From a virus, in IMG/VR virus record IMGVR_UViG_3300043438_001221: a DNA stretch of 64,000 nt; one strand, 5' to 3'. The notes under the pieces are model-generated. The model did no database searches. It had not been told where the DNA came from and worked only from the letters and a program-made list of their open reading frames with translations. The position numbers were made by a program, and so were the translations under genes. Below, piece after piece: positions 1 through 9,410 of the stretch; within the stretch, counting starts at the first letter, position 1, and the number at the start of each line of letters is the position of its first letter.

Positions 1-266
1 GACAATTCCTGCGTTTGTGCCGTAAGTGGACCATTGAGAAGATGTCTCACATAGTAATCAATATCCCACGTCTCCAAATCCTTCCCTTCTTCATCCAGCT
101 TGTTGATGAATTTCTCCAATTGGTTCAGACCCAATTCATAAATCTTCTTGAACTCAATCATGAATTCAATCTCTTTATCAGTAAAGGTGTCCCCCAGATT
201 TTGGATTTGCTCCAAATCTTCCTTGGAAAAGCACAAAGCTCTAAGAATTTCTACGTTAGATCGCAT
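1..266 (-). CDS. hypothetical phage protein, partial (runs off window start)
   Basis: Open frame MRSNVEILRALCFSKEDLEQ... read manually; start overlaps the 3' end of the 256..1569 gene. Confidence 0.6.
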   Translation of the reverse strand, partial: MRSNVEILRALCFSKEDLEQIQNLGDTFTDKEIEFMIEFKKIYELGLNQLEKFINKLDEEGKDLETWDIDYYVRHLLNGPLTAQTQEL

Positions 267-1569
267 CTTGTTTCATGATATTTTGGGGTCCAACATAACT
301 TTTGCAACACGAAAATTCATTTGTGTAACCGTCTCCTAGAAAAATGTGTCTCAATTCGTGGACAAACCATCTACCAAGCAGCTTTTCATCGCTCTTCTGC
401 TTGCCTTCCCCCACCTTGACAATATCAATGAATTTACCCCCGCCCCTATTGGCGGAACCAAGATTAGCAAAGATAGCTCTCAAATTATAAAATGTTAGAG
501 TATTAACCATTTCAGCTTCCACCATCTTTTCTGAATCCTCTACGGGATAAGGGGAACGGAAGTGTCGGAATTTCTGTTTGGTATTCTTGTTTTTAACAAC
601 GAATGGTTTGGGTTCTCCTCCAATTGCCTTGAAAGATTTGACGAATTTTTTCTCCCATTGTTTTTCAATGTCTTCCAGCTTCTTGATCCTTGTCTTATGA
701 ATACCCAGAATTGGATCATATCCATATACAATTGTATTAATAAAGAAATCGTTGTTAATACCATACATGGGAGTGGAGTAACCAATATTCTTGATACCAT
801 TGTTATACTCACTAATCTCCGCATCGGGAGGAGGGTTGTTATCATTGGATGTATCGCCCACATCAGCAAAATCAGATAAAGTAAATGCTTCCATCACACT
901 GTCCTTATTCTTTTCAAATATCTTGGAAAGCAAACGAAGCTGATACTTCTGCTTTTCTTCGTTGAAATGGATGAACCCCTTTACATACATATCCCCATCC
1001 TTGGCATAGTAATGTTTAAGTAGATAATTCATCAAATCCATGTATCGAAATGTCAGGGGGGGATGATACGTCAGGGTGAAATCACCGCTCTGCCATTCCT
1101 CTTCATCCACCATATCTTCTCCAAGCAGTTCCTTGAAAATATCTTTTAAAATATCCCCCGCCTTACCAGAACAGATTTTACCATAAGGGATAGTATCCAT
1201 GAATGGTAAAGCATCTTTATGCATCATGGAGAACTTCTTAATGTTCTCGGAACGGACTTCAGGATTTCCGAAATTCTCCTCGGAAAATAAAATAAAATCG
1301 TATTTCAACTTATCTTTCGGTTTGTCTTCAGGAAAGATTTCTATGGAAAACACGTCCCTACCATCTCCCCTGAGAAGATACTTGTCTTCCACCAGATCAT
1401 AGGGATTGGCAATCGCCACCGATCCATCCAGAAATGGATTGAAGAAATTGTCAGTGATCGTCAAACCACGCAGGGCAGATTTAGTGAATTTGACTTCCTG
1501 CCCATCAGGATTCTTGAGCTTGAATTCACAGTCATAATTGACATCATTTATTTTATAAATATCTCCCAT
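256..1569 (-). CDS. putative baseplate hub/tail protein (gp27-like position)
   Basis: 437 aa downstream of gp53/gp48-like genes; C-terminal LLGRWFVHELRHIF resembles the G-x-W/Y-x-V-x-x-x-x-H motif of hub proteins. Confidence 0.55.
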   Translation of the reverse strand: MGDIYKINDVNYDCEFKLKNPDGQEVKFTKSALRGLTITDNFFNPFLDGSVAIANPYDLVEDKYLLRGDGRDVFSIEIFPEDKPKDKLKYDFILFSEENFGNPEVRSENIKKFSMMHKDALPFMDTIPYGKICSGKAGDILKDIFKELLGEDMVDEEEWQSGDFTLTYHPPLTFRYMDLMNYLLKHYYAKDGDMYVKGFIHFNEEKQKYQLRLLSKIFEKNKDSVMEAFTLSDFADVGDTSNDNNPPPDAEISEYNNGIKNIGYSTPMYGINNDFFINTIVYGYDPILGIHKTRIKKLEDIEKQWEKKFVKSFKAIGGEPKPFVVKNKNTKQKFRHFRSPYPVEDSEKMVEAEMVNTLTFYNLRAIFANLGSANRGGGKFIDIVKVGEGKQKSDEKLLGRWFVHELRHIFLGDGYTNEFSCCKSYVGPQNIMKQDAI

Positions 1570-1970
1570 TAGAAATGTCTTCCTCCAAATATAGTATTTT
1601 GTGTGATATCTAGATAGAGTAGAGTTCTCAGTTCCGTCTTGAGAACCTTCAATTGTGTTCCTCCTTCCACCCAGAAAGGAACTCCTGTAAATTTATCCTT
1701 GTTAAGAAGATATATAATCCACCAAGAACGAATATCACCATAGACATTGAAAGATACTGTTGTCAGGGGTTGGCGAATCTGGACATTGTGGAACTCAATC
1801 ACAGATGAGTCCAATTCCGGTATTTCAATCTTCTTGAGAATGTTATAATATGGGAATTCCTTTCCATTGATGGAATCGTAATAGACCTTGAATATCCTTT
1901 CATAGCTTTTGATATCCAAAGCTGATAAGGAGGGAATCTGATTCTGGTATTTTCCGATATCGTCACTCAT
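1569..1970 (-). CDS. gp53: baseplate wedge protein, T4 gp53-like (LysM-type)
   Basis: LTTVSFNVYGDIRSWWIIYLLN motif; baseplate cluster. Confidence 0.75.
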   Translation of the reverse strand: MSDDIGKYQNQIPSLSALDIKSYERIFKVYYDSINGKEFPYYNILKKIEIPELDSSVIEFHNVQIRQPLTTVSFNVYGDIRSWWIIYLLNKDKFTGVPFWVEGGTQLKVLKTELRTLLYLDITQNTIFGGRHF

Positions 1971-1973
1971 ATA

Positions 1974-2837
1974 TTATTCTTCTTCTGAAATTTTATCCAT
2001 GAAATTGGAAACTTCGGTTGTGAGAGAGGTGAATGTCATGCTGATAAGATATCCCTCTGGTATGAGTTCATTGCCGTGCATTTGCCTAGCACCCAAAAGC
2101 TGCACTGCAAAACTACTACAACTAGCCCATTTTATATATCTAATACCCGGAATCCTAATCTCATAAATCCTTGGTGGTTCCATGACTAAGGCGTTTTGCC
2201 GGAAAGGACGGTTGATTCTTGTGAGTCTGTTGATCATATTTATATTGTCCTGCACCCCATCAGCATTGAGGGTGTTTGATAAGACGAACGATACCTCCAA
2301 TCCTGCATCATTTTGAGCATATTGATATAATTTTGGCGTTTCAATATATGAACCCGGAGCAGTGGAATATCCCTTATCCATCTCCTTGTTGGCAGCTTGC
2401 ATGATTCCCTCTATATTTTTCCCTTCAAACGCAGCTTCGCCCCCCTCCCTTGTGCCGTTGGTGTGATTGACTCCCATCAACGATCCGACCTTGCCATATA
2501 ACTTTGAAACTCCCATCAATGTTGAATCAACCCCCGCCAAAAAAGCGGATTGGAAGGTGTCCCCATATTCGTTGCTAAATGAACGTACAGCATCCCCTAA
2601 AAACGGGAATATAAAGGTGTCATCGGGGTTTGCTATGTCGCCATATAATTTGTTATAGAATTCCTCGGCATCCACAGCTTTTGCAACGTTGACATAACTT
2701 CTGATCCGATTCAAAGCTTCGCTGGAATTGATCTTAAATGATTGCACACGAACCCTCGGAGCATTGCTTCTCAACACACTGCGCCGTGGAATACTCGTCC
2801 AATCATAATCTCTAACAACATTAAAGGTTTTGGGCAT
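1974..2837 (-). CDS. baseplate tail-tube cap, gp48-like
   Basis: Tube-fold signature (EPPRIYEIRIPG...ISMTFTSL), position next to gp53-like gene, TAAATA box upstream. Confidence 0.55.
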   Translation of the reverse strand: MPKTFNVVRDYDWTSIPRRSVLRSNAPRVRVQSFKINSSEALNRIRSYVNVAKAVDAEEFYNKLYGDIANPDDTFIFPFLGDAVRSFSNEYGDTFQSAFLAGVDSTLMGVSKLYGKVGSLMGVNHTNGTREGGEAAFEGKNIEGIMQAANKEMDKGYSTAPGSYIETPKLYQYAQNDAGLEVSFVLSNTLNADGVQDNINMINRLTRINRPFRQNALVMEPPRIYEIRIPGIRYIKWASCSSFAVQLLGARQMHGNELIPEGYLISMTFTSLTTEVSNFMDKISEEE

Positions 2838-2845
2838 ATCATTAT

Positions 2846-5071
2846 TTAAGCAAGCGCATAGGCGGATGATCCATAGTCCCCGCGATTGGAATTCATTGAT
2901 ATGGGAGATGATTTCTGACCGGGAGTGGGGGATGAAATCGGTATAACGGTGTTCCTATTACTTCCCCCCATACTAGAATCCATTTTTTTCAGGATTTGTG
3001 CTGCAATGCCCTTGATATCGCCCATGATCTTGATCTGCGTCATACCGATATTATGAAGGAATTCCAAGGATTGTTGATTACCAGATTGCACAACAGGCAA
3101 TGTGTTTGGATTTGGTGTATTGGATACTTCCGGTTTGGGTGATTTGACCGTTTTGATAGCATCTGATACCACAGCATTTTTATTTTTACCCCAATTGGAT
3201 TTTTCATATTCCTCGACGGTTTTCCAACCCATCGCTTTGGCTCTTCTCTCCATTTCTTCGGGAGACACCCAATCGCCTTGTTTCCAGCCAGATTTTTCAT
3301 ATGCTTTATAATCGGGATGACCCATTTTGTTGGCTGCTGCAATTTTCTCCTGATCTGTTAGCTCCCTAGATTTCTGATTCTCCGCTGGTTTGGCGGGTGT
3401 TTCCTTATCAGAAGACCAAAGACTCTTGATCCACCCCACAACACCACCAACAAAATCATCCAAGAATTTACCAATCTTATCAATCGCTGGTTTGAAAATA
3501 TTGGAAAGGGATTGGAAAAATTTACCAAAATTTTCAATCATTCCCTTGTAGAGCTTCATTCCCAACTCAACACTCTTGAAGAAATTTTTAACCATATTCT
3601 TCCAAAGAGCAGAGGTTTTACTCCTATACCATTCAAAGCCCTTAGAGAAGCTTTGGGACGCAGATTTCCAAAGAGCAGAGGTTTTACTCCTATACCATTC
3701 AAAGCCCTTAGAGAAGCTTTGGGACGCAGATTTCCAAGTCTTACTGGAGAACTCTTTCATTTTATCATATCCATCTCCCATGCTTTTGGAAAAACCACTT
3801 ACAGAATCTCCATCACCATCATCCAGAATACCAAACCATTCCAGAGGCTTTCTGAGAGCATATGGCAAATCTTTCAACTTCTTCTTGATCCATGCTTTCA
3901 GACCAGAGAACCATCCCGTTTTCGGAGATAAAGATTTATCGGATTCTTTCTTTTCTCCAAATCCTAACAGCATTTCAATACCCGTAACAATCGAACCAAG
4001 ACCGCCAAATGATAACATGGATGCACCAAATTGATAAAGACCCCCCATGATGTCCCCGCTTTTAAAAGCGTTCCAAGACATTTCCATTCTCTTAAATCCA
4101 CCTATAACGGGAATCCATAAGGCATTTTTCCATACCCACTTACCAATTCCTTTAGCCATGTCTCCCAGCAAGTCCATCTTAGCACTATTTTTATTCTTGG
4201 CACCCGCTGTCTTGATATCAATAAAAGCATTAAGAACGTCCAAACCTATAGATAGTGTTGTGCCAAGTCCGGGGGCAACCAAATCAAGCAATCCTGCCAA
4301 CCCGCTCAACACATCAATTACCCCACCAACGGTATCTCCGCTACTGAAGCGGGAAATCGCAAAACCGAAAGAAATAATTGCCCCGATTAAAGGAATTCTT
4401 TTTAAAACCAACAACATCGGTTTTAAAAATTTAAATATTTTAACCATAAAACCACCACCTTTGGCCATACCACCAAGAGCCTTAAAGGGTGCGCCCAACA
4501 TTCCTTTCAGAGATGTTATAAACCCTTTGATACCGTTAGTAATTATATTACCTATGAAATTTTTAGGAATTAACCCTTTAAATAATTTATTATTAATATT
4601 GAATAATAATTTTAGTCTCGATTTGGTCATTTGTAATAATGCCCTAAAAGTCAATTTCAACATACCCTTGAATGGGCTATCTGTCATTAATCCACCAATC
4701 AATGCTGCAATTGCTCCGACTAACGGCCATATAATCTTCCATAATAAAGATTTTGCTTCCGCTTTCCCATCTTTTTGCTGCATTTTCTCCCCTGTTTTAC
4801 CCGTGACTTTTTGAATGGAAGTCTTGATCGCCTTATCAGGAGTCTTTTTCTTCTGATATTCAAAGAATGTCTTGGCGAAGAGGGAGGCGATTTCCGTAGT
4901 TCTCTTGCGCTCATTGCTATTAAGCGTGGGAGTCACCCTTTTATTGGGATCGGAGGGATTATTACCCTGCAATACGTTCTTGTCCTCTATGGATTCCCCC
5001 TGCGGAACGCCAATGGTTTCATTGAGCGTTTTCAACAATCCTAATAAGTCTTCTAACAAAGCGACATTCAC
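2846..5071 (-). CDS. tape-measure-like / tail length protein (gp29-like)
   Basis: 741 aa; Gly/hydrophobic helical blocks (LKRIPLIGAIISFGFA..GD..GG), periodic Trp/Phe repeats, tail cluster. Confidence 0.65.
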   Translation of the reverse strand: MNVALLEDLLGLLKTLNETIGVPQGESIEDKNVLQGNNPSDPNKRVTPTLNSNERKRTTEIASLFAKTFFEYQKKKTPDKAIKTSIQKVTGKTGEKMQQKDGKAEAKSLLWKIIWPLVGAIAALIGGLMTDSPFKGMLKLTFRALLQMTKSRLKLLFNINNKLFKGLIPKNFIGNIITNGIKGFITSLKGMLGAPFKALGGMAKGGGFMVKIFKFLKPMLLVLKRIPLIGAIISFGFAISRFSSGDTVGGVIDVLSGLAGLLDLVAPGLGTTLSIGLDVLNAFIDIKTAGAKNKNSAKMDLLGDMAKGIGKWVWKNALWIPVIGGFKRMEMSWNAFKSGDIMGGLYQFGASMLSFGGLGSIVTGIEMLLGFGEKKESDKSLSPKTGWFSGLKAWIKKKLKDLPYALRKPLEWFGILDDGDGDSVSGFSKSMGDGYDKMKEFSSKTWKSASQSFSKGFEWYRSKTSALWKSASQSFSKGFEWYRSKTSALWKNMVKNFFKSVELGMKLYKGMIENFGKFFQSLSNIFKPAIDKIGKFLDDFVGGVVGWIKSLWSSDKETPAKPAENQKSRELTDQEKIAAANKMGHPDYKAYEKSGWKQGDWVSPEEMERRAKAMGWKTVEEYEKSNWGKNKNAVVSDAIKTVKSPKPEVSNTPNPNTLPVVQSGNQQSLEFLHNIGMTQIKIMGDIKGIAAQILKKMDSSMGGSNRNTVIPISSPTPGQKSSPISMNSNRGDYGSSAYALA
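3600..3737. repeat. perfect 66-bp tandem duplication (22 aa WKSASQSFSKGFEWYRSKTSAL x2)
   Basis: Identical copies start at 3600 and 3666. Confidence 0.95.
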
Positions 5072-5090
5072 TTTATTATTTAATCAGGTA

Positions 5091-5177
5091 ACACAACACG
5101 GCGCATCACATAACGCCTACCATCCGTGTAATTAATTCACAAGTCCATCGTGGCGTATGTGTGCTTTGACGTTCGGC
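5091..5177 (+). other. attC: integron attC-like recombination site
   Basis: AAC(5095-97) + 5-nt spacer + GCAtCACATAaCGCC ... GGCGTATGTGTGC + 6-nt spacer + GTTCGGC; 13 paired bases with two extrahelical bases. Confidence 0.75.
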
Positions 5178-5216
5178 AGAAATTGATTATCCCAAGCGAA
5201 ACAACAAACAAAGCGC

Positions 5217-5435
5217 ATGACCAAAGAAACCATGTCAATATATTACAGTGCCAATTCAAAAAGTGGTAAGTGTCCTGTATGTGAGAGCGAATCTTATCAT
5301 TCCCTTGGACAATCATCGTTTCCCATTGTTGCAGAACAAGGAGAGAAGCGTGATTTGAAGGTTTATCAGATTGCGTGTGGGGGATGTGGTCTTGTCATGT
5401 CCTTCTCTTCCTTGGTCGTTGACGGGACTGAGTAA
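5217..5435 (+). CDS. small Zn-finger protein, cassette-like
   Basis: CPVC...CGGC; starts 40 nt after the attC GTTCGGC core. Confidence 0.6.
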   Translation: MTKETMSIYYSANSKSGKCPVCESESYHSLGQSSFPIVAEQGEKRDLKVYQIACGGCGLVMSFSSLVVDGTE

Positions 5436-5504
5436 GTGTTCACCCCACCCCAAACAATTTTTATGCCCAAAATTTTCCTTTCGATATTTTTCTTCCGCTG
5501 TCAT
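5313..5504 (-). pseudogene. possible truncated late gene (MTAEEKYRKENFGHK...) running into the antisense of the cassette ORF
   Basis: TAAATA(5510-15)-5nt-ATG at 5504. Confidence 0.35.
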
Positions 5505-5525
5505 ACCATTATTTAGTCCAACAAC

Positions 5526-5726
5526 ATGAATAACCAAGAAATTACAGACTATCGTTTACTCTACGCAAGAGAAGATCAAATCACTGAAGAGGTGATAAGA
5601 TTTATCAATGCCAAGAAAGGATGGCAACCGTATGGTAGCCCTTTCAAGATGGGGACGGTTGATGATGACAAGTATGCTGATGTGATCCATACACTCATAG
5701 GACAGGCAATGGTCAAATACAAGTGA
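5526..5726 (+). CDS. DUF1737-like small protein
   Basis: GWQPYGSPF...GQAMVK motif. Confidence 0.65.
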   Translation: MNNQEITDYRLLYAREDQITEEVIRFINAKKGWQPYGSPFKMGTVDDDKYADVIHTLIGQAMVKYK

Positions 5727-5733
5727 TTAACAT

Positions 5734-5937
5734 ATGAATATCAGACTAATCTCACCAGAGAATAAATCAATCCCAATCACTTGTATCCGATTTGAGAATG
5801 AAGAAGGTGGTTATATTGATACAACGGGTGATTCAATAAGAGTGAATACCGTATATGGAGTTCCGTTCTTGAATATCAAGATCAAGACGACAAGACAAAG
5901 CGGATCACTTTTCGATTTTTGTCTCTCCAAAGACTAA
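5734..5937 (+). CDS. hypothetical protein
   Basis: Follows previous ORF after 7 nt. Confidence 0.45.
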   Translation: MNIRLISPENKSIPITCIRFENEEGGYIDTTGDSIRVNTVYGVPFLNIKIKTTRQSGSLFDFCLSKD

Positions 5938-6222
5938 AACTGAATGAGATAGGGTTCCGTATTTCAAATCCGAACGAACCAATACAATTTCACAAAAATC
6001 GTGTGCCATTTGACGGAATTCGGGATCAGCGTTTGCCCTTTCACGATGTTCGGGACTTGCGAATTTATACATCAGCTTGAAGAGTAGTTCCCTATCAACA
6101 TCCCACTGATCCAATGAAGAAGGCGAACAAGCCGTCACATCCAAGCCCTCTCCGGCTTCCAGACGAGGTTCGGCTTGTTCTTGAGGGCTGGATGGACTAT
6201 TACGTTGTGTAGAATTATTCAT
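5905..6222 (-). CDS. hypothetical protein whose N-terminus reads through an attC-like half-site (GLDVTACSPSS)
   Basis: TTGACA-16nt-TAAATA upstream of the ATG at 6222. Confidence 0.55.
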   Translation of the reverse strand: MNNSTQRNSPSSPQEQAEPRLEAGEGLDVTACSPSSLDQWDVDRELLFKLMYKFASPEHRERANADPEFRQMAHDFCEIVLVRSDLKYGTLSHSVLVFGETKIEK

Positions 6223-6254
6223 AGGATCAATATTTACCACAGATTTTCAGGATG

Positions 6255-6989
6255 TCAATTATCAAAGAAACTCACATCAATATCAAACGCCTTTTCTTCC
6301 CCATTGATCGTAACTTTCAAATGGGATTGTTCATCCTCCTTAAACGCTTCAATATATTTGATGATTTCCTTGTTGATCGATAGAGGCAGATTTTCCACAA
6401 TTTTCACACGATCCTTCACCGGAGTATCACCAAAGACAATCTCATTCTCTCCGAATTTCACGGATTTGATGAATTTTACGATCTCAAATGTGTAAATATT
6501 ACCGATATTCTTACCAGCATCCTTGTCCCCATCCTTTTTGAGAATTTCAATGGCATAATTGATGATCTTGTTCTCTTCCTTGAGAGTTGGGGTAGTCAGA
6601 ACCACATCCACCGCACCATTGATCGTCTTTTCCTTGGGAGATTTGATCTTACGGGAGCTTTCCACGTTATTTTCAATATTTCCCACTTCCCCATCCAGCT
6701 TCAGATCATATCCAAGGCTTTCTCCCCGAATTCTGAGAATCAGGGGCAACTTATCCTCAACTTTAAGGGTATCCGATTCGGTATTTTCAATAAGAATATC
6801 ATTTAGGATTTTCTGGAACTTGAGAACACCCACAGTTCCATCTGCTACCGTGGCGATAATATCTTTCTGTTGTTTGAACGTGAGGGGGGAGCAATCCACT
6901 TCCTTTTTGGTAGAAGCTTGGTATGCCTTGAATTTCTTTGCCTTGAGTTCCTGAATGCTGTCGAGGAATTGTTGAACGTTGTTTTCCAT
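6255..6989 (-). CDS. gp26: baseplate hub subunit, gp26-like
   Basis: PLTFKQQKDII...D..LILRIRGESLG and terminal DVSFF typical of T4 gp26 family. Confidence 0.7.
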   Translation of the reverse strand: MENNVQQFLDSIQELKAKKFKAYQASTKKEVDCSPLTFKQQKDIIATVADGTVGVLKFQKILNDILIENTESDTLKVEDKLPLILRIRGESLGYDLKLDGEVGNIENNVESSRKIKSPKEKTINGAVDVVLTTPTLKEENKIINYAIEILKKDGDKDAGKNIGNIYTFEIVKFIKSVKFGENEIVFGDTPVKDRVKIVENLPLSINKEIIKYIEAFKEDEQSHLKVTINGEEKAFDIDVSFFDN

Positions 6990-7011
6990 ATGTGTGTTTA
7001 TTTAAATTTTA

Positions 7012-7215
7012 TTATTTTGGATTTTTCTCAAAGTAATGTTTGCAAGCATCTTGAACATTTTTTATTCGTTTTAACATATCCGTTAGTGCAGCGTCTCTCT
7101 CTTCAAAAGAGCCTTCGAAAATACGTTCAATTGGTAATTTTTGTTGATAGTCCATTGTTTCCAACACTTTTTGGATCAATTCATCGTTTGTTTGTATGTT
7201 ATCCACAATAATCAT
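7012..7215 (-). CDS. hypothetical protein
   Basis: 67-aa ORF in operon orientation. Confidence 0.5.
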   Translation of the reverse strand: MIIVDNIQTNDELIQKVLETMDYQQKLPIERIFEGSFEERDAALTDMLKRIKNVQDACKHYFEKNPK

Positions 7216-7238
7216 ATTTACATCACCGAATCAAAAAA

Positions 7239-7940
7239 TCAACCCAATTCTGGTGTTTTTTCGGAACTATTTTCCGTATTGAGCTTATCCACGAAATAAT
7301 CTATATCACGCATGGTGGAATTCAGAAGGATATTGCCGTCTATCTTAGATGACAAGTGGTAGATGATGTCGCGGTAGTAATCTTCCCCATACGGATGGCA
7401 AAGACCCTTTAGAAGCTCAAGGGGAGCATTTCCCATGAAATTTATATTTATGTTTTTCAGGGATGAATTGGTAAAACGGATTGTTTTGGATTCATTCTTG
7501 AGAAGGGCATTGATCAGCATATTGTAGGTGGATGCGGGAAGTTGTTCAATCAGAGAGATTCTATCCCCAACATTGGCAAAATCCAGCACGGATTCCCCGT
7601 ATTTCACCTTTCGGATCGTCTCCGATATGGAGAAAATATCGTAATCCTTTTTAAATAGAGGGGGGGCATCCAATTCAAATTCCAGATTATCGGTTTTGAT
7701 GATCAGAGGTTCCTTATCCCAATTTTCCAATTCTTTTATAAAATATGAAAGGGATACCTTCACATTCTTCTCTTCCACGGTGAATCCCATATCATAGGAG
7801 ACATCACGCTCCCAACATTTGAGAACTGTTAAGAATTTTTCATAAATATTATCTCCTGAAAAGTTGTTGAGATAATCAATCAGGTGATCATCCCCGTTTT
7901 CGGAGATTTCTTTGAGTGCTTTGAAAGTGATTTTCATCAT
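7239..7940 (-). CDS. putative baseplate hub assembly protein (gp26/gp51-like)
   Basis: Position between tube-like and gp26-like genes; ATGA coupling. Confidence 0.45.
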   Translation of the reverse strand: MMKITFKALKEISENGDDHLIDYLNNFSGDNIYEKFLTVLKCWERDVSYDMGFTVEEKNVKVSLSYFIKELENWDKEPLIIKTDNLEFELDAPPLFKKDYDIFSISETIRKVKYGESVLDFANVGDRISLIEQLPASTYNMLINALLKNESKTIRFTNSSLKNININFMGNAPLELLKGLCHPYGEDYYRDIIYHLSSKIDGNILLNSTMRDIDYFVDKLNTENSSEKTPELG

Positions 7941-8782
7941 GGTCTGCCTAAACTCCTCCGACGATCTCTTATATTTTGGACTTTTTGTTGAATTGCTTGT
8001 GCTTTAGCTAAAGCATCTCCAGTTAAAGGATTACCATTTGCATCGGTTAATATTCCAGTTATTGGTGCAATTTTAAAACTAAAATTTTCCGTCAGTGTAG
8101 GTGGTTTTGGAGTTGATGGTTTTGGAGTTGGTGGTTTTGGAGTTGGTGGTTTTTGGGATTGTGTAGCATTTGGTTCTCCTAAAAGCTGTTCATAATCCTC
8201 GCAAGCAAATGTCACACTCTTGATCGGGTAATCGGTGTTTTCATAATCCATCGTGAATCCTTCAACAGCAACAGGAAATGCCCGTTTGAATCGGTATCCT
8301 TTCCTAAGCTGCCCATCGTTGGTGTATTGTTTCACGGTGATGGTTGATTTGAGATTCACCCCCCTTTCAATCAGACCTTTGATATTAATTGCAATCTGCC
8401 AAGGACGAAAATACTCATGTTCCAAATCCTGCCGTGTTTCCAGAAAATTTATGGAGAATTGGCGGGAGAGGAAATCGGCACGGGAATTCATAGCATACCC
8501 CGGCAGGAAACCACCATAGGAATCTCCTGCCACCATGGGAGAGAAATTTCCACTCTCTTGAGGGATAGCCACCGCTTGTGCTGGAAGGACGGTTCCATTC
8601 TTTGTCATGGCATTGGGAGCGATCTTGGCTTGCCATTTTTGTCCAGCATCCGATAGAACGCTATTGATTGCTGATTCCGCGACACCATCAATGGATACAG
8701 TCCATAATACTGGTATGGATAGGCAGTATTTGGCATCGCCAGAAAATGCCTGAAGGAAATCGTTAATTTGAGGACCAGCCAT
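7937..8782 (-). CDS. tail-tube-fold protein (gp54-like initiator) with Pro-rich C-terminal extension
   Basis: YRFKRAFPVAV...SVTFA tube motif; KPPTP repeats. Confidence 0.6.
   Translation of the reverse strand: MAGPQINDFLQAFSGDAKYCLSIPVLWTVSIDGVAESAINSVLSDAGQKWQAKIAPNAMTKNGTVLPAQAVAIPQESGNFSPMVAGDSYGGFLPGYAMNSRADFLSRQFSINFLETRQDLEHEYFRPWQIAINIKGLIERGVNLKSTITVKQYTNDGQLRKGYRFKRAFPVAVEGFTMDYENTDYPIKSVTFACEDYEQLLGEPNATQSQKPPTPKPPTPKPSTPKPPTLTENFSFKIAPITGILTDANGNPLTGDALAKAQAIQQKVQNIRDRRRSLGRP
8100..8157. repeat. 15-bp tandem repeat encoding KPPTP/KPSTP
   Basis: About 3.5 copies of ggtggttttggagtt. Confidence 0.85.
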
Positions 8783-8819
8783 ATGTTATTATTTAACGGG
8801 CTGCTGTGATCACACTGTA

Positions 8820-9389
8820 TTATTCAAGACCATTGTAGAAATGATATGAAAAAGTGGCACTGAAGTTTAGAACTTCACCAGTTCCATCTGCAATTTGATA
8901 TCCAATTTCCCCAATATCTCTCAAGGATGCGCCAACAAGTTCAATCGTCTTGATTGTTTCCAGTGATCCACCACTTGTAACATTGGTTCCACGTTGGCAA
9001 GGAATTTGAAGAACGTCTAAAGTAATAATTGACTCGTATCCCGGCATACATAGATTACCAGTAGTGGTATTATTATCGAATAAAGTTCTACTCGCATTTT
9101 CAAGCTTGGTGCGAATATCTAACGATTGATCAACGTAAAATTCAACACTCCAACCTTCAGCACCCGGATATGTTGATTTTCCGGGAATATTAAATGTTTG
9201 ACCACTGAAATTGACTTGTTTATTCTCGATATTGCGTCCGGGTAAGGATGCACTACGAGCATAAATCAAATCGGTTTCCCCGTTCAGGGATAATCCGGTG
9301 ATGCTGATCTGTTTAATGCGGAATAAGAAGTCCCTCGCAAATTGTTTTTGCGAAGCCTGATTCATAAAGTCGGTGATTACTGTGGCCAT
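8820..9389 (-). CDS. gp19: tail tube protein
   Basis: ARSASLPG...PGK.TY...W.V.F...F.ATFSY pattern; directly after sheath. Confidence 0.85.
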   Translation of the reverse strand: MATVITDFMNQASQKQFARDFLFRIKQISITGLSLNGETDLIYARSASLPGRNIENKQVNFSGQTFNIPGKSTYPGAEGWSVEFYVDQSLDIRTKLENASRTLFDNNTTTGNLCMPGYESIITLDVLQIPCQRGTNVTSGGSLETIKTIELVGASLRDIGEIGYQIADGTGEVLNFSATFSYHFYNGLE

Positions 9390-9410
9390 GATATTATTTA
9401 GTATGAATGA

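Noticed and set aside
4047-4814. 255-aa plus-strand ORF
   Set aside because: Antisense shadow of the tape-measure-like gene; no motifs or promoter
5171-6128. Single integron cassette spanning both attC-like sites
   Set aside because: The interval holds several genes in both orientations plus a phage late box, and the second site lacks a proper right arm; treated as two separate remnants
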